Part shown: positions 1 through 11,939 of the stretch, piece after piece | Position numbering within the stretch: position 1 is the first letter of the stretch | Layout: each line of letters opens with the position of its first letter | NCBI GenBank assembly: GCA_025558095.1 | Contig: JAIVFI010000001.1 | Span: 1,543,649-1,607,648, forward strand | DNA from: Hyaloraphidium curvatum SAG 235-1 | Lineage: Eukaryota > Fungi > Monoblepharomycota | Direction: 5' to 3' | DNA length: 64,000 bases | Notes under the pieces: model-generated | Seen by the model: the letters and a program-made list of their open reading frames with translations, nothing else | Told to the model about the DNA's origin: nothing | Databases searched by the model: none | Position numbers and translations under genes: made by a program

Positions 1-2156
1 GTCCCTCCGTGGCCAGATCCACGCAAACTCGGCGGTCCGGGCCAGCTCCTGCAGCACGGCCTTTCCGTGGCTCAAAAGACCGGTCGTGAGGAGGTTGTGG
101 AGGCGTGAATCCGCCTTTGCGGTTCCGGCGCGGGAGACGGCGGCGCCCCAGCCGTGCGCGCGGACTACAGCTTCCGCCGCGGCCCGGAACACGGGGCCCT
201 CTGTACCAGGCCACCCGATACGGGAGCCCCGGGTCAGCAAGGTGCGCTGTTCCGAAACATCCGAGGGAAAGAAGCGGGCGAGCGCCGGATCGGCGGCCAG
301 CACGGAGGCCATCCACGCCGAAAGGCGCCTCGGATCGTTGGAGAAACAGTAGAGGGCTTCCGCGGCATCCAGGGGCATCCCCGCGGCCGCGGCTGAAGCC
401 AGGCGCTGCGCCAGGATCTCCAGGACCGTGGTGTTGCGCTCCTTCCTGACCAGCTCGTGCAGCTTCTGGTGCGACACGGTCTCGGGAATCACCAGCGCCG
501 CCTCGGGCGGCAGCGCGGCCAGCAGCTCCTCGGCATCGGGGAGCACATCGGGGTCCAAAAGTTTCTCCCTGGCCAGCGTCGATCCGCCCGAACTCGCGAG
601 TGTCCTGCTGACGAGCTTCTCCACATGGCCGGCCAAGGCGAGCGCGGCGTCGCTCCGGATCTTGCCGCACAAGGTCACGCGGAGCTGCTCGTCCAGGTAA
701 TCCAGCTCCCCGTCGGCGGGCAGCGTGCGGCGGGCGCCCTCGGGGATCACCCTGCGGCGGCAGAAATCGGCAACGGCCTGGTCCGCGCCGACGAAATCCT
801 CGTCCACGTCGGGGAGCTCCTCCCAGTCCCCCGCACGGTACTCGAAGTCGTCCTCGTCAACGTGGAACCGCCGCATCACGTCGTCGCGCGCGTCGGCGAT
901 CACCTGCTTCCAATCTCCCCAGAGCGTGCGCTCGACCGACGAGGGTCCCTCGAGGTAGGCGCCAAGCCGAACGGAGCGGAGGATTTCCTCGGGCGCGGCT
1001 TCGGGGAAGCGAGCGAGGGCGAGACCGAAGAGCCGGGAGAGGGCGGGATCGGGCAGGGCTAGCGAGGGGAAGGCAGAGTCCCAGGCTCGTGCGGCCAGGG
1101 TATCGCGCTCCGACAGGGCGGGCAACTTCTCCTCCAGGTCCGCGCGACGCGCGGCCCACCATGCTGCCGGTTCCTCCAGCACGCCTTCGGGGTTCAAGTT
1201 GAGAGCCTGGGGGAAGCGTAGGCCCCACGGATTGGCGTCGGTGGCGAGGGAGGCGAGCACGCGTCCGGCGAGGCGGGCGGGGTCGATCCCGCGGTCCGTA
1301 GAGTCGATGACCGGATGGGTGCCGTCGAACGTGAGCGGGATGCCAATGGCCTTCGAGAGAGCGGGGAGATGCTCCGCGACGAGGGCGGTGGCACGGGCGC
1401 GGGTGGAGGCGATCTGGTGCGCAACAAGGCGGCGGAAGTTGGCGGGGCCGCCAAAGCTCATGTTCACGAAGCCGTCGAGCTCGCTTGCAGGCTGAGGGAA
1501 AACGGCGTCACCACACGGCTGCGAGTGGGGACAGCTCATCGAAATCCCACAACTACGTATCCGGAATCGTCAAAGAAGCCAATGGGCGACTCGCCGCTGT
1601 TCTCGCCGGACGTGGTCGTCACCAGCTCCGCGAGGACGCTGCTGCTGATCCCCGGCAGCTTCGCCAGGGCAACAACGTCGAGATCCGCGTCCCCCTGGAC
1701 GGCCAACGGGTCCGCGTGCTCGAGCAGGCCGACCTCCCCGTCCTCGGGCCATTCGTGGCCGCAGCGCCCGATGGTCGCGACGCACCTGATGCACAGACGC
1801 GCCTGGGTCCTGTCCTCGTGCTCCACGGTCCAGATCCGATCGCGCCGAACCAAGTCGCGGCACCTCGGGCAAACGGCTTTCCACACCCGTTTCACGTAGG
1901 CGGAAACAAAGGACGCGCTCGCCCGTTGCCCCGGCCCCCTTTCCCACCCCTCCTTGTCCGCCAATCGAGTCCAGTACGGCAGCATTTCGTAGGCATCCCA
2001 CAGGGCGCGGCACAACAGGCCGACACGGAAGGCGGCCGAGGTGCCCTGCGAATCGCAGACGAACTTGAGGACGCGCGTGCGGGTCTCCAGCGCGATGCCG
2101 TCGAGCGTCGGCCGGACGGCCGCGACGTCGTCTTCATCGATATTGATTTCCGTCAT
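1..2156 (-). CDS. Hypothetical protein, two exons, 3' end runs off the left edge of the window
   Basis: ATG at 2156 (MTEINIDEDD...). Probable intron at ~1493-1557 (GTAG...CTCAG on the minus strand). The frame then stays open to position 1 (...LQELARTAEFAWIWPRRD). Confidence 0.6.
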
Positions 2157-2239
2157 GATGGGCGATGGGCCGAATGCAGCGGGACATGAGAGAGGTCGCG
2201 GTTGAGATGTTGAGACGTCCCAGAGCGAACTGGCGGCGC

Positions 2240-2763
2240 TTCTCAACTCCTGTGCCTCCGGCAGGATCTTCCATGCGCTGCTTTCGCGGCCCGCCTTCCA
2301 GCCCGAAACCATCGAAGTATCCGGCTCGGATCCCGACGGGACTGTCGCGGACCTCCCCGTGTTTCGGGATCTCTTCAGGCTGCCTTCGATCAAGCATCTG
2401 CACCTCAACGTGATCGAAGCCGCCAACCACCTCGCCGACGTCGCCCTCCCGCCGTCCCTGCAGACCCTCCGCATCCACAGGTTGTGGATCCACAACCTGG
2501 ACAGGCCGTGGAGCGTCGCCCGGTTCGTCGAGAAGCTCCGCAAGCTCCCCTCTCGCCCCAGTCTCGGCATCCACGAAGACTGGATGCTCCAATTTGTGAT
2601 CGAAGAGTACGGAGACTTGAAGACCACGCGGCGCATGTACAGGTGCATGGAGGTCCTTTGGACTTGCGGCATCGCGGACATGACCGTCGCTAGGTGGAAT
2701 GGGGGAAACGGGAGAACCAGTGCGGATGCGAGTGATGCGGATCGGAGGGTTGGATCTCGATGA
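2240..2763 (+). CDS. LRR-like 'PAFxP...FxEELRxLP' family protein, copy A (5' end uncertain)
   Basis: Reads IFHALLSRPAFQPETI...LPSIKHLHL...LPPSLQTLRI...RFVEKLRKLPSRP. Aligns by eye with copies at 9873-10475, 15154-15700 and 49030-49400. Confidence 0.5.
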
Positions 2764-2891
2764 ACAGCCTCGTTGCGCCCACCTCGCACGGCGGCATCGC
2801 TGCTGCTGATTCGAGGCCTCCGATCGCGGCCCGGAAGCGGCGCCCGTGCTTCAATCAAGTTCAATTGCCGACCACGTTAGTGACATCGCAT

Positions 2892-4499
2892 TCACCTGAT
2901 CGGACAGAACGTCTCGACTGTCGCAAACACCCCCGCCGACCGCAATATGCTCCAGAGCCCCACTCCCAGCGTGAACAGGGTCGCCAGCAGCGTCCTCAGC
3001 ACCGAATACCCGACCGCGAACCCCAAGAACCGCGCCTTGTACCTCCCGACCTCGGCCTGCACCGCCAGCACCTTCTCGTGGTACCCCAGGTCCTCTCGTA
3101 TCCCGGGGGCCGCGCGCGGGGAGCGGGCGAGCAGCAGCCCGAGCTCGTCCCGCGCCTGGGCGTAGAGCAGCCCGACGGCGTCCACCTGCGCGTTGCTCAC
3201 GGCGAAGCTGGCCAGCTCGAAGGCCTGGTACGCCAGGCTGATGCCCAGCGCGCCGAGGGTCCACATGGTGATGCAGGAGCCGGTCGAGGCGGTGATGACG
3301 GAGCACAGGACGACGTTGCCCAGGGTTGACCACACGAAGAAGGCGAGGACGCCCTTGCCGTCGTCAAGGCGGTTCTGCCAGACCCGCATCAGGATCTGGT
3401 GCAGCCCTACGTGCTGCTCGTCCGCGTCCGGGCGAAGGGGATGGCCGCTTTCCAGAGAGCGCCTGGCGGTCTCGAGAAAGGACGAGAGCGAGAGGGACAC
3501 GGCCCTGTGGTGGCCCCGCAGGAGGAGCTCGAGCAGCCCGGGGTTCCAAAGCTGCAGCTGCATCATTGATCCAAAAAAGACGTAGAGCAGGCCGCAGACG
3601 ATCACGACGCAGGCGGGCAGCGCTGTCCACCACGTGGTCCAGGTGCGGCCGGCGAACGTCACCATCGGCGTCCAGAGCGAACCCAAGATCGTGACCAGCT
3701 GGGGCAGCCCGACGACAACCGTTCGTAGCAGTGCGTGCCACGCGGAGCGCGTGACGAGGCCGCCGGCGCAGCGGGGAAGGGGGCAAGGGCAGAGTTCGGG
3801 GCGGGATGGGTCGTGGTCGAGGAGCCTGACCATCCCCTGGGGCGGTATGCACCCGCTCTCGGCATTTTGCGAGAGCGTTTGGAGGTTTGCACACGAAAGC
3901 TGTGGCTCCCGAGCGGTATTGCTTGCTGGCTTTCCCCGCTCATCCGGGCATTCCTGCACGCCGCCTCCCAGGCGGCCGTTCCCCACCAGCTCGAGCCACC
4001 TGACAATGACGGCCCACGGCACACTGTTGAGCCCATCGTCCGGTCGCGCCCGGCCCATGGTGTACCAATACCTCGATATGGCCTTGGTGGCGACAAAGAA
4101 GAGCGCCGAGCATGTCCAGTTCCACAGAACGGCGGCGGTGCCCGCCACAAGCTGGCTGTGCCCAAACTGCCCGTCGTTGAACAGGAACACCGCGGTGCAG
4201 AGTGGAACCAGGGCGAGGACCGCGGCGGCGCTCAGGGCGTCGTTATGTACGGTGTGTGGTCCCAGCGAGAGGGACACCCGTGCTACCGTCCTCGTCGCGG
4301 GGAACGGTATGAGCGCGTCCAGCAGCCTCTTTGGCGTCACGGCATATGCTTTGCGAAAGTCTGCGGCCGTATCCGCGGGCCCCGGGGCGCCGGAGAGCGA
4401 GGGGGGGATGCGCGGCCAGGAGGGGAAGAGGAACGTTAATTCCTGCGGCGTGAAGCCGACGGGGCGCGGAGGCGCGTCTGGCACAGAGTCTGAGGCCAT
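2892..4499 (-). CDS. 7-TM membrane protein, gustatory-receptor-like/DUF3537-like (7TMIC candidate), copy 1, intact, 535 aa
   Basis: Single open ORF with seven hydrophobic segments, a CPCPLPRC loop motif and the C-terminus RYKARFLGFAVGYSVLRTLLATLFTLGVGLWSILR. Confidence 0.8.
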   Translation of the reverse strand: MASDSVPDAPPRPVGFTPQELTFLFPSWPRIPPSLSGAPGPADTAADFRKAYAVTPKRLLDALIPFPATRTVARVSLSLGPHTVHNDALSAAAVLALVPLCTAVFLFNDGQFGHSQLVAGTAAVLWNWTCSALFFVATKAISRYWYTMGRARPDDGLNSVPWAVIVRWLELVGNGRLGGGVQECPDERGKPASNTAREPQLSCANLQTLSQNAESGCIPPQGMVRLLDHDPSRPELCPCPLPRCAGGLVTRSAWHALLRTVVVGLPQLVTILGSLWTPMVTFAGRTWTTWWTALPACVVIVCGLLYVFFGSMMQLQLWNPGLLELLLRGHHRAVSLSLSSFLETARRSLESGHPLRPDADEQHVGLHQILMRVWQNRLDDGKGVLAFFVWSTLGNVVLCSVITASTGSCITMWTLGALGISLAYQAFELASFAVSNAQVDAVGLLYAQARDELGLLLARSPRAAPGIREDLGYHEKVLAVQAEVGRYKARFLGFAVGYSVLRTLLATLFTLGVGLWSILRSAGVFATVETFCPIR

Positions 4500-4940
4500 G
4501 AGAGCGGTTCTCGAGGTCGGAATAAGGATGCAACGTCCGCGGTTGAGGTGGTGTTGACTAGAGGTGGCTCGTCAAACGTCCGCGTCCCCGGCTCCCAAGG
4601 CTTCGGATCGGGCCTGTCGATAACTTCGAGCATTGCTCTCGAGTGCTACGCCATCAATTGCTACGATTCAGGTCGCGAGCAACCGACGAGCGGTGTTTTG
4701 TCCCTCCTGGCGCGCTTGACTGGTTCCTCTGCGTAGTATCTTTGTCCTTCCTTAGGTTAAACTTGCTTTCTCATACCTACTTTCGAATGACTGTGTACTG
4801 GAGGCTTGCGGCGTCTTTCCAGTTGATGGAGCGGGGCGTTCCGGTGCACAGTGCCGAAGCATGGAACATTCCGGGCGGGGAACAAATCCTCAACGACCTC
4901 ATCTCTTCTCACCACCGTGCCGACCTCCGAAACCGTTTAC

Positions 4941-6543
4941 ATGGCGTCGGAATCCTTATCGGACGCGCCTCCGTGCTCCGCGGGCTTCACTCTCCAGGAA
5001 TGGGCCTTCCTCTTCCCATCCTGGCCCGTCATTCCCCCCTCCCTCTCCGGCGTCCCGGGGCCCTCGGATCCGGCGGCAGACTACCGGAAGTCGTACCCCG
5101 TGACACCACAGACGCTGCTGGACGCGCTGAAACCGTTCCCCGTGACGAGGGCGGTCGCTCGGCTCTCGCTCTCGCTGGGCCACCACGTTACAAAGAGCGA
5201 CCTCGTGAACATCGCCCTGCTTCTCTCCATGGTGCCAATCTGCACCGCGGCGTTCCTTTTTGACGAAGGACAGTTCGGCCGCACCCAGCTTGTGGCGGGC
5301 ACCGCTGCGCTGTTTTGGAACGCGAGCTTCGTTGTCCTCTTCCACGTCGCCGTAAAGGCCATCTCGCGGTACTTATTCACCATGGGGCGTGTGCAAACGG
5401 ACGAGGCACTCAATGGGCTGCCTTGGGCCGTCGTGGTCAGGTGGCTCGAACTGGCCGGGAGCGCCCCGGAAAGTGCCCCGGATCGGTGCAGCGTGGAATC
5501 AACAGGGGCTGGCAGCACCGCCCGTGCGACGCACCAGTCATCCGCGTACCTCCGCACGCTCTCACATCGCGCTGAAGGCCGCGGCAAACCCCCCCGGCGG
5601 GCGGGACAGGCTCCTCGCGCACGATCCCGCCTGGCCCGACCTCTGCCCCTGCCCGCTCCCCCGCTGCGCCGGCGGCTTCGTCGCCGGCGCGTCGCGGCAC
5701 GCGCTGCTCCGCATGATCGTCGTCGCGCTGGCGCACTTTGTCGTGTACCTCGGCTGGCTCTGGACGACAGCGGTCACGTTCGCGCCGCGGAGCTGGAGCA
5801 CCTGGTGGACGGCGATAGCGGCCTGCGCCGCGATCGCGTGCAGCATCCTGTACGTCCTCCTCGGATCGCTGTTCCAGGTGCAATTATGGAACCCTGGCCT
5901 GCTCGAGCTCCTGCTGCGGGGCCACCACCGGGCCGTCTCGTTGTCTCTCTCGTCCTTCCTGGAGGCCGCCCGGTATTCCCTCGAAACGGGGCGGTCGCTC
6001 CCGGACGACGCGGACGGGCTGCATGTCGCGCTGCACCAGATCCTGACGCAGGTGTGGCAGAAGCGCCTCGACGACGGCAAGGGCGTCCTGGCCCTCTTCG
6101 TATGGTCGACCCTCGGCAACGTCGTCGTCTGCTCCACTATTACCGCCTCGACCGGCTCCTGCATCACCATGTGGACCCTCGGCGTGGTCGGGATCAGCCT
6201 GACCTACATCGCGTTCGAACTCTCGAACTTCGCGGTGAGCAACGCGCAGGTGGACGCCGTCGGGCTGCTGTACGCCCAGGCGCGGGACGAGCTCGGCCTG
6301 CTCCTCGCCCGCTCGCCCCGCACGGCTCCGGGGATCCGGGAGGACCTGGGGTACCACGAGAAGGTGCTGGCTGCGCAGGCGGAAGTGGGGAGATACAAGG
6401 CACGGTTCTGCGGGTTCGCAGTGGGATACTCGGTGCTGAGGACGTTGCTGGCGACGCTGTTCACGCTGGCGGTGGGCCTGTGGAGCGTACTGCGGTCGGC
6501 GGGGGTGTTTGCAACCGTCGAGACGTTCTGTCCGATCAGGTGA
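4941..6543 (+). CDS. 7-TM family copy 2, divergent from copy 1; one +1 frameshift in a C7 run at ~5589-5595
   Basis: The N-half (MASESLSDAPP...) lies in ORF 4851.. and the C-half in ORF 5389..6543. Both are highly similar to copy 1, and removing one C restores colinearity. Confidence 0.75.
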
Positions 6544-6689
6544 ATCATTGTCGCTCCAAGGTTGGAAATGAATGTCCGCTTGTTGTCTCTAGGGTGCCTG
6601 TTGCCGTTGCTGGACGAGACACATCGGCCAATTCCGCCGCCCTTTCGCCGCCCCGTACGAAACCTCCTCCTCCCGTCCGAGAGACCGCC

Positions 6690-7100
6690 ATGTCCGCCGT
6701 CCGCGCCTCGCCGTACCTCCTCTTCGCCGACGGCTGCGAGGCCGCACTCTCCTCCTACGCGGCGCACGGGCTCGGCCGCGTGACGTCGCTCGTCCGCCAC
6801 GGCGAGGGCGGCCTGCCCCTGCCGAACCCCGCAATGCGCGGCAAGGTCGCGCACGCGCTGTTCGAGGGCCCCGGAATCATGCTGTTTGCGTCGGACAACG
6901 ACGACGCGGAGCCGATGCGCGGCCACGCGATGTTGCTGGAATTCGGGGACGCGGGGAGGGCGCGGGCGGTGTTCGACGGGCTGGCAGAGGGGGGGCGGGT
7001 GACGACGGCGTTTGAAAAGCAGCCGTGGGGGGATCTATACGGCAAGCTGGTGGACGCGTTCGGGGTGCAGTGGATGGTGAAGTGCGGTGCGCCCCCTGAG
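6690..7100 (+). CDS. VOC/glyoxalase superfamily PhnB-like protein (3' end uncertain, probable intron at 7100)
   Basis: MSAVRASPYLLFADGCEAALSSY...KVAHA...FDGLAEGGRVTTAFEKQPWGDLYGKLVDAFGVQWMV is the typical PhnB-like signature. Confidence 0.8.
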
Positions 7101-7298
7101 GTGCGTCCGGGAGGGCGTCGGAGGGCGAGCATTTCGCTGAAGAAGTTCGATCCCGCTGCAGGTGCAGCTGACCGGAGCGATCTGACAACCACGGAAAAGG
7201 TCGTCGCTGGTTCCAAAAGCTCGATTCGCCGAAGACAGCGGGCTTCCTGTACGACCATTCCCGCCCACCCTTGTCGGTTCCGTCGCCGCCCGCCCCTG

Positions 7299-7985
7299 TC
7301 AGTCCAAATCGCCTCCAAACATGGCCGCCAGCACCGCGCCGTAGTCGGCAAACCCGTTGGGGATAACGTACACGGGCAGCGGGGCCAGCTGCGCGTCCAT
7401 CACATTGGCCGCGGCCCACCACACCTCCAGGTACCGCGTCACCCCGTCCAGCGTCGTCTCGGGCATGTCGTCCAGGAACCCCAGGATCGACACGGTGATG
7501 GGCTGCTCCTGGTTGGTGCCCTCGCCGTTTGTCACCTGCGCGACCGCGACGGCGCGCTGGGACGGCGCCCAGGCGGCGTAGTTGGCCGCGCCCGGGGTCT
7601 GGAACGAGAGCAGCCACGGCTCGAGGTCGGAGCACCACTTTGCGTCCACGCAGTCCCCGTCGAGGCAGCACCCCGCGCAGCTTTCGGGGGCGCACTGCGG
7701 GCACCCCTCGGCACTGCACTCGCCCATGGTCTCGCCAGGGGGGACTATGCAGCAGCCCGCCTTGCACAGCGGCAGCCCCGCTCCGCAAGGTTCGCCGTCG
7801 GGCGGCGGCGGCGGCGAGGGCGGCGCGCAGAAGAAGGGGTCGGCGCACACGCCCTCGGCGATGCAGCCCGTCGTGCAGGGTGCGCAGCTGCCGGTGGCGC
7901 AGACGGTGACGGTGCACTGCGCGTGCGCCGCGGGGAGCAGGCAAAACACGGAGAGCAGCGCGGCGAGGAGGGCAGCGGTCCGCAT
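7299..7985 (-). CDS. Small secreted cysteine-rich protein
   Basis: Signal peptide MRTAALLAALLSVFCLLPAAHA, followed by a Cys-dense N-terminal region with a Pro linker. Confidence 0.65.
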   Translation of the reverse strand: MRTAALLAALLSVFCLLPAAHAQCTVTVCATGSCAPCTTGCIAEGVCADPFFCAPPSPPPPPDGEPCGAGLPLCKAGCCIVPPGETMGECSAEGCPQCAPESCAGCCLDGDCVDAKWCSDLEPWLLSFQTPGAANYAAWAPSQRAVAVAQVTNGEGTNQEQPITVSILGFLDDMPETTLDGVTRYLEVWWAAANVMDAQLAPLPVYVIPNGFADYGAVLAAMFGGDLD

Positions 7986-8250
7986 CGCGTCGGAAGCAGG
8001 CGATGTAGGTAGTGGCCGCAGCACCCGCGATCGCTCCCCGTCCCCCTTTCCCCGGCATCGCAACAAGAGACGAGATCAAAATCACTTGATTGAATCTGAT
8101 TCCCCCTTCGATCTTCCGAGTTGACTAGAGAGCTGCCTCCGGCGCGCAAGGACCAGCGCCAAGCCCGCAGGAGAGCGAGATCATCAACAACCTCCTCAAC
8201 AACCAACTTGCGGGCCCTCACACTTCGATTCCGCCTTTGAAACCGTTTCG

Positions 8251-9565
8251 ATGGCGTCAGAATCCTTATTGGACGCACCCCCGCGCGGCGCCGGCTTCAC
8301 GCCGCAGGAATGGGCGCCGGCTTCACGCCGCAGGAATGGGCCTTCCTGTTCCCCTCCTGGCCCCGGATGTCTCCTTCCCTCTCCGGCCTTCCGGGGCCGG
8401 CGGACTCCGCCGCAGACTTCCGCAAAACACATGCTGTGACGCCCAAAACGCTGTTAGACTCGCTCGCCCCTTTCCCCGTGACGAGGACGTTCGCTCGGCT
8501 TTCCCTCTCGCTGGGGCCGCACAGCGCGAACAGCGACGTCCTGAGCGCCGGCCTGGTCGTCGGCCTAGTTCCGCTCTGCACCGCGGTGTTTCTGCTTAAC
8601 GACGGGCAGTTTGGTCGCGCCCAGCTCGCAGCGGGCACCGCCGCGGTGTTGTTGAACTGGACCTGCGCCGGGCTCTTCTTCGTCGCGAGCAAGGCCATAT
8701 CGCGATCCTGGTTCACAATGGGCCGCGTGCAGACGGACGACGGTCTGAACGGGGTGCCGTGAGCCGTTGCGGCCAGGTGGCTCGAGCTGGTCGGGAGCGG
8801 GCCCCCGGGAAGCGTGCTAGACCGACAGGACGAGGGAGGGAACGCAACAAGCACTGCAGCCCGAGAGACGCACCTTCGTCCTTTTTGGATCTATGCTTCA
8901 TCTGCAGCTTTGGAACCCCGGTCTGCTCGAGCTCCTCCTGCGGGGCCACCACAGGGCCGTGTCCCTCTCGCTCTCGTCCTTTCTCGAGACCGCCAGGCGC
9001 TCTCTGGAAAGCGGCCATCCCCTTCGCCCGGACGCGGACGCGCAGCACGTAGCGCTGCACCAGATCCTGATTCAGGTCTGGCAAAACCGCCTGGACAACG
9101 GCAAGGGCGTCCTGGCCCTCTTCATGTGGTCCACCTAAGCTACGTTGTCCTGTGCTCCGTCATCACCGCCTCGACCGGCTCCTGCATCACCATGTGGACC
9201 CTGAGCTCACTGGCCACCAGCCTGGCGTACCAGGCCTTCGAGCTGGCCAGCTTCGCCGTGAGCAACGCGCAGGTGGATGCCGTTGGCCTGCTCTACGCCC
9301 AGGCGCGGGACGAACTGGGCCTGCTCCTCGCCCGCTCACCCCGTGCAGCGCCGGGTATCAGGGAAGACCTGGGGTACCACGAGAAGGTGCTGGCGGCGCA
9401 GGCCGATGTGGGCAGGTACAAGGCGCGGTTTCTTGTGTTCCCTGTGGGGTATTGGTGCTGAGGACGCTGCTGGCGACGCTGTTCACGCTGGGGGTCGGGC
9501 TGCGGAGCATACTGCGGTCGGCTGGGGTGTTTGCGACGGTGGAGACGTTCTGTCCGACGAGATAA
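8251..9565 (+). pseudogene. 7-TM family copy 3, pseudogene
   Basis: 26-bp tandem duplication at 8290-8341, TGG>TGA at 8760-8762, internal deletion of the TM3-TM4 region, TAA at 9136-9138 and a frameshift at ~9455. Otherwise very similar to copies 1 and 2. Confidence 0.85.
8290..8341 (+). repeat. Perfect 26-bp tandem duplication
   Basis: gccggcttcacgccgcaggaatgggc x2. Confidence 0.9.
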
Positions 9566-9872
9566 GTGTGGAATCGATTCGTGGGATCGATCTCCTTCGC
9601 AGGAAGGAAGTTGGCCTAGAGGTCACTCCGCATCCATGTCCCCTACGCCGACCGCCGCCGCGCCTGCGCTCTCGTCGTCCCCGTCGCCCATGTTCTCCCT
9701 CCCCCATTCCAAGTACTCGGCGCCCGATGCGCGGAGCACAGGAGAGTCGGAGACGATCAGAGATCTGATCAGAGGCCGATGCGGCTCCCGGCGTTCGTTT
9801 CCTTCGTGCGGCACGATGATGGCATTAGCTTTCAATCGCTCGACCCGACAGTGTTGATTCCACTTGGCAACC

Positions 9873-10475
9873 CTATTCGTCCCGATCATGCCCTTCCTGG
9901 TCTCCTTCCACAGTCAGCTCGACTTCAACATCCACCACATCAGCCTCGTCGCCATTATCTTCTTCGCCGTTCCAGCCAATCTCCTTTGCTTCCGCATCAG
10001 TGATGACGGATTGCTCCATCTTCCCGAGCCTCAGCTCCGCCACGCCGGAAGCCCGGAGCACTTTCAGGCACTGGCGCATCCGGAGTGGGTCACCGAACAT
10101 ATTCTCCCGCAGGAACAAGGTCAATCCCTCCTTGAAAGTCAGAATCGGACGCGTGGGAAGCATGCGCAGCTCCTCGACGAACCGCGCCATGCCCTCGGGT
10201 TTGTCGTGTGCTTCGATCCAGAAGGCGTCGATGCGCAGAGTTTCCAACGTCGGCGGCAGCCTTATCTCGCCCAATCGAGAGGCAGGATTGATTTTGTTCA
10301 GGCGGAGGTGCTTGACAGAACCAATGCTGGCCAGGTCCTCGAACGAAGTCAGGTCGGCACCGTGGATGTCTCCTTCGGGACCTCCCGACGCATCGACCGA
10401 CTCGGGCCGAAACGCCGGGAGTGCCGAAAGCGCACTGAAGAGGTCCCAGTCCAGGACCGTGTAGCGCTTCCACAT
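9873..10475 (-). CDS. LRR-like 'PAFxP' family protein, copy B
   Basis: 200-aa ORF: WDLFSALSALPAFRPESV...SVKHLRL...LPPTLETLRI...RFVEELRMLPTRP. Confidence 0.55.
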   Translation of the reverse strand: MWKRYTVLDWDLFSALSALPAFRPESVDASGGPEGDIHGADLTSFEDLASIGSVKHLRLNKINPASRLGEIRLPPTLETLRIDAFWIEAHDKPEGMARFVEELRMLPTRPILTFKEGLTLFLRENMFGDPLRMRQCLKVLRASGVAELRLGKMEQSVITDAEAKEIGWNGEEDNGDEADVVDVEVELTVEGDQEGHDRDE

Positions 10476-10747
10476 GGAAGGTCCGATGCCGCCGCGGCGC
10501 CCCGGTCCGGACTCCGGTTGTGAGTGCGTTTTTCCTCATCTGGACACATGCGCTTTGGCGCAATAACCTAGTTGCATCGAATTCCTCATGTAGTACGATT
10601 CCGGCAGTTCCTCATGTAGTACGACGCCGGCGGATAGACCAGACCAGATCACACAGATCCGAGGATCGACCGCCTCAAGCCCGGCATCATCATCGCGCAC
10701 CGACGCAGCTCGTGATTAACCCTCATCATCAGCGTCATGGACGGCCC

Positions 10748-10930
10748 TCACGAGAGCAAGTTATCCGCCAGCTGCACGAACCGTGTCGCCTCCGCGATCG
10801 CCACGCCGTGCCCCGCCCCTTTGCCCACCACCAGCTCCGCGTTGGGTGTGAGGGCGGCCAGCGAGACCGGTGCGACGACGTCCGCGGTGCCCCAGAGGAT
10901 GACCGGCCGCAGAGCGAGTTCGGGCCGCCC
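10748..10930 (-). pseudogene. Inverted partial duplicate of the alpha/beta-hydrolase C-terminus
   Basis: RPVILWGTADVVAPVSLAAL-TPNAELVVGKGAGHGVAIAEATRFVQLA matches RPVILWGTADIVVPFSLAA...PNVELVVVEGAGHDVAIAEPARFVELA at ~14835-15008. Confidence 0.8.
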
Positions 10931-10947
10931 ACGGGCTGGCGGGCGCC

Positions 10948-11664
10948 CTAATAACACGACCCGTCCCGCACCACCGTGACCCCCGTCAGCATCCCCCACA
11001 TCCCCGCCAGCTCATCCACCCCGCACCCTCCCACATCCCCAAGATCCTCCACCAGCACCCTCGACCCCTCTTTCCGCCTCTCGCAAAACACCGCGAGCAC
11101 CCCTCCCTCCTTTGCCGCGCACCGCGGCGCGCGGAGCACCACCACCGGTGCCGTGCAGCACGCCAGGATCGTGTACACCGCCAGTGGCTCGGGGCAGTCG
11201 AAAACGGCGCGGGGGAAGCGCGACAGGGCGGTGGGGAGGTCCCGGGGGAGGTGGCCGCGGGGGAGGAGCACGGTGACGGAGCGCACGGGGTCCAGCCAGG
11301 GCGAGCCGAAATTGAGGCCTCGGAAATGCTTCGGGCCCTCCGCCAACAAGTCGGAATCCAACAGTATGTGGAGGATGCGGGGGGGTTTCTCGGGCAGCGG
11401 CCTCGCGAGCATCTGCCCCACGATCGCGGCGTTGGACCTCCCCACGTCCAGCGTCCGGTGCAGCACCGCCCGCCCGACTTCCCACGCGGCGCGGCACGAC
11501 GATGCCACGCGGAGCAGCGAGGCGCGCCGGCAGCGGGACGCGAGCGCGCGCATCACGCAGAGGAGGAGCTCGAGCGGGAGGAGCGGCGGCGCGGGCGGCG
11601 CGGGCGGCGCGGGCGGCGGGGTCGCGGCGGCGTGCTCGCTCTCAGACGGGGTCTGAGCTGCCAT
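10948..11664 (-). CDS. F-box-like protein
   Basis: LLPLELLLCVMRAL...LLRVASSCRAAWEVGRAVLHRTL is an F-box-like N-terminus after a Pro-rich leader. Confidence 0.55.
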   Translation of the reverse strand: MAAQTPSESEHAAATPPPAPPAPPAPPLLPLELLLCVMRALASRCRRASLLRVASSCRAAWEVGRAVLHRTLDVGRSNAAIVGQMLARPLPEKPPRILHILLDSDLLAEGPKHFRGLNFGSPWLDPVRSVTVLLPRGHLPRDLPTALSRFPRAVFDCPEPLAVYTILACCTAPVVVLRAPRCAAKEGGVLAVFCERRKEGSRVLVEDLGDVGGCGVDELAGMWGMLTGVTVVRDGSCY

Positions 11665-11939
11665 GGCGGGCGCGAACACGGGTACGGCGCGCTCTGTGGG
11701 AGGGATGTTTGGGTGAGATCCGTTGGGCGGGCGGGGTCGCGGAGCCCAGGCCCGAGGGACGCACGCACGGGACGCCTGCCTTGGACCCGATCGCGGGATC
11801 GCTGGATGGAATCGCGGCGGCTTGTAAATCGCGTGGCATCCATCACGCTCGGTGCAAGCTGGCGCGTCGGTGTCGACCGAGGGCATCATTCGCTCCTGTC
11901 GAGGAAGTCAAGATCCGGGTGTGCCAGTCCACCCGAGCC

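Noticed and set aside
4851-8012. 1053-aa ORF as one fusion protein
   Set aside because: A GC-rich read-through joining the 7-TM copy 2 N-terminus, an off-frame stretch, the VOC gene and the antisense strand of another gene.
10581-10625. Short repeat ttcctcatgtagtacga x2 as a CRISPR-like or regulatory array
   Set aside because: Only two units, in a eukaryotic context. A simple local duplication.
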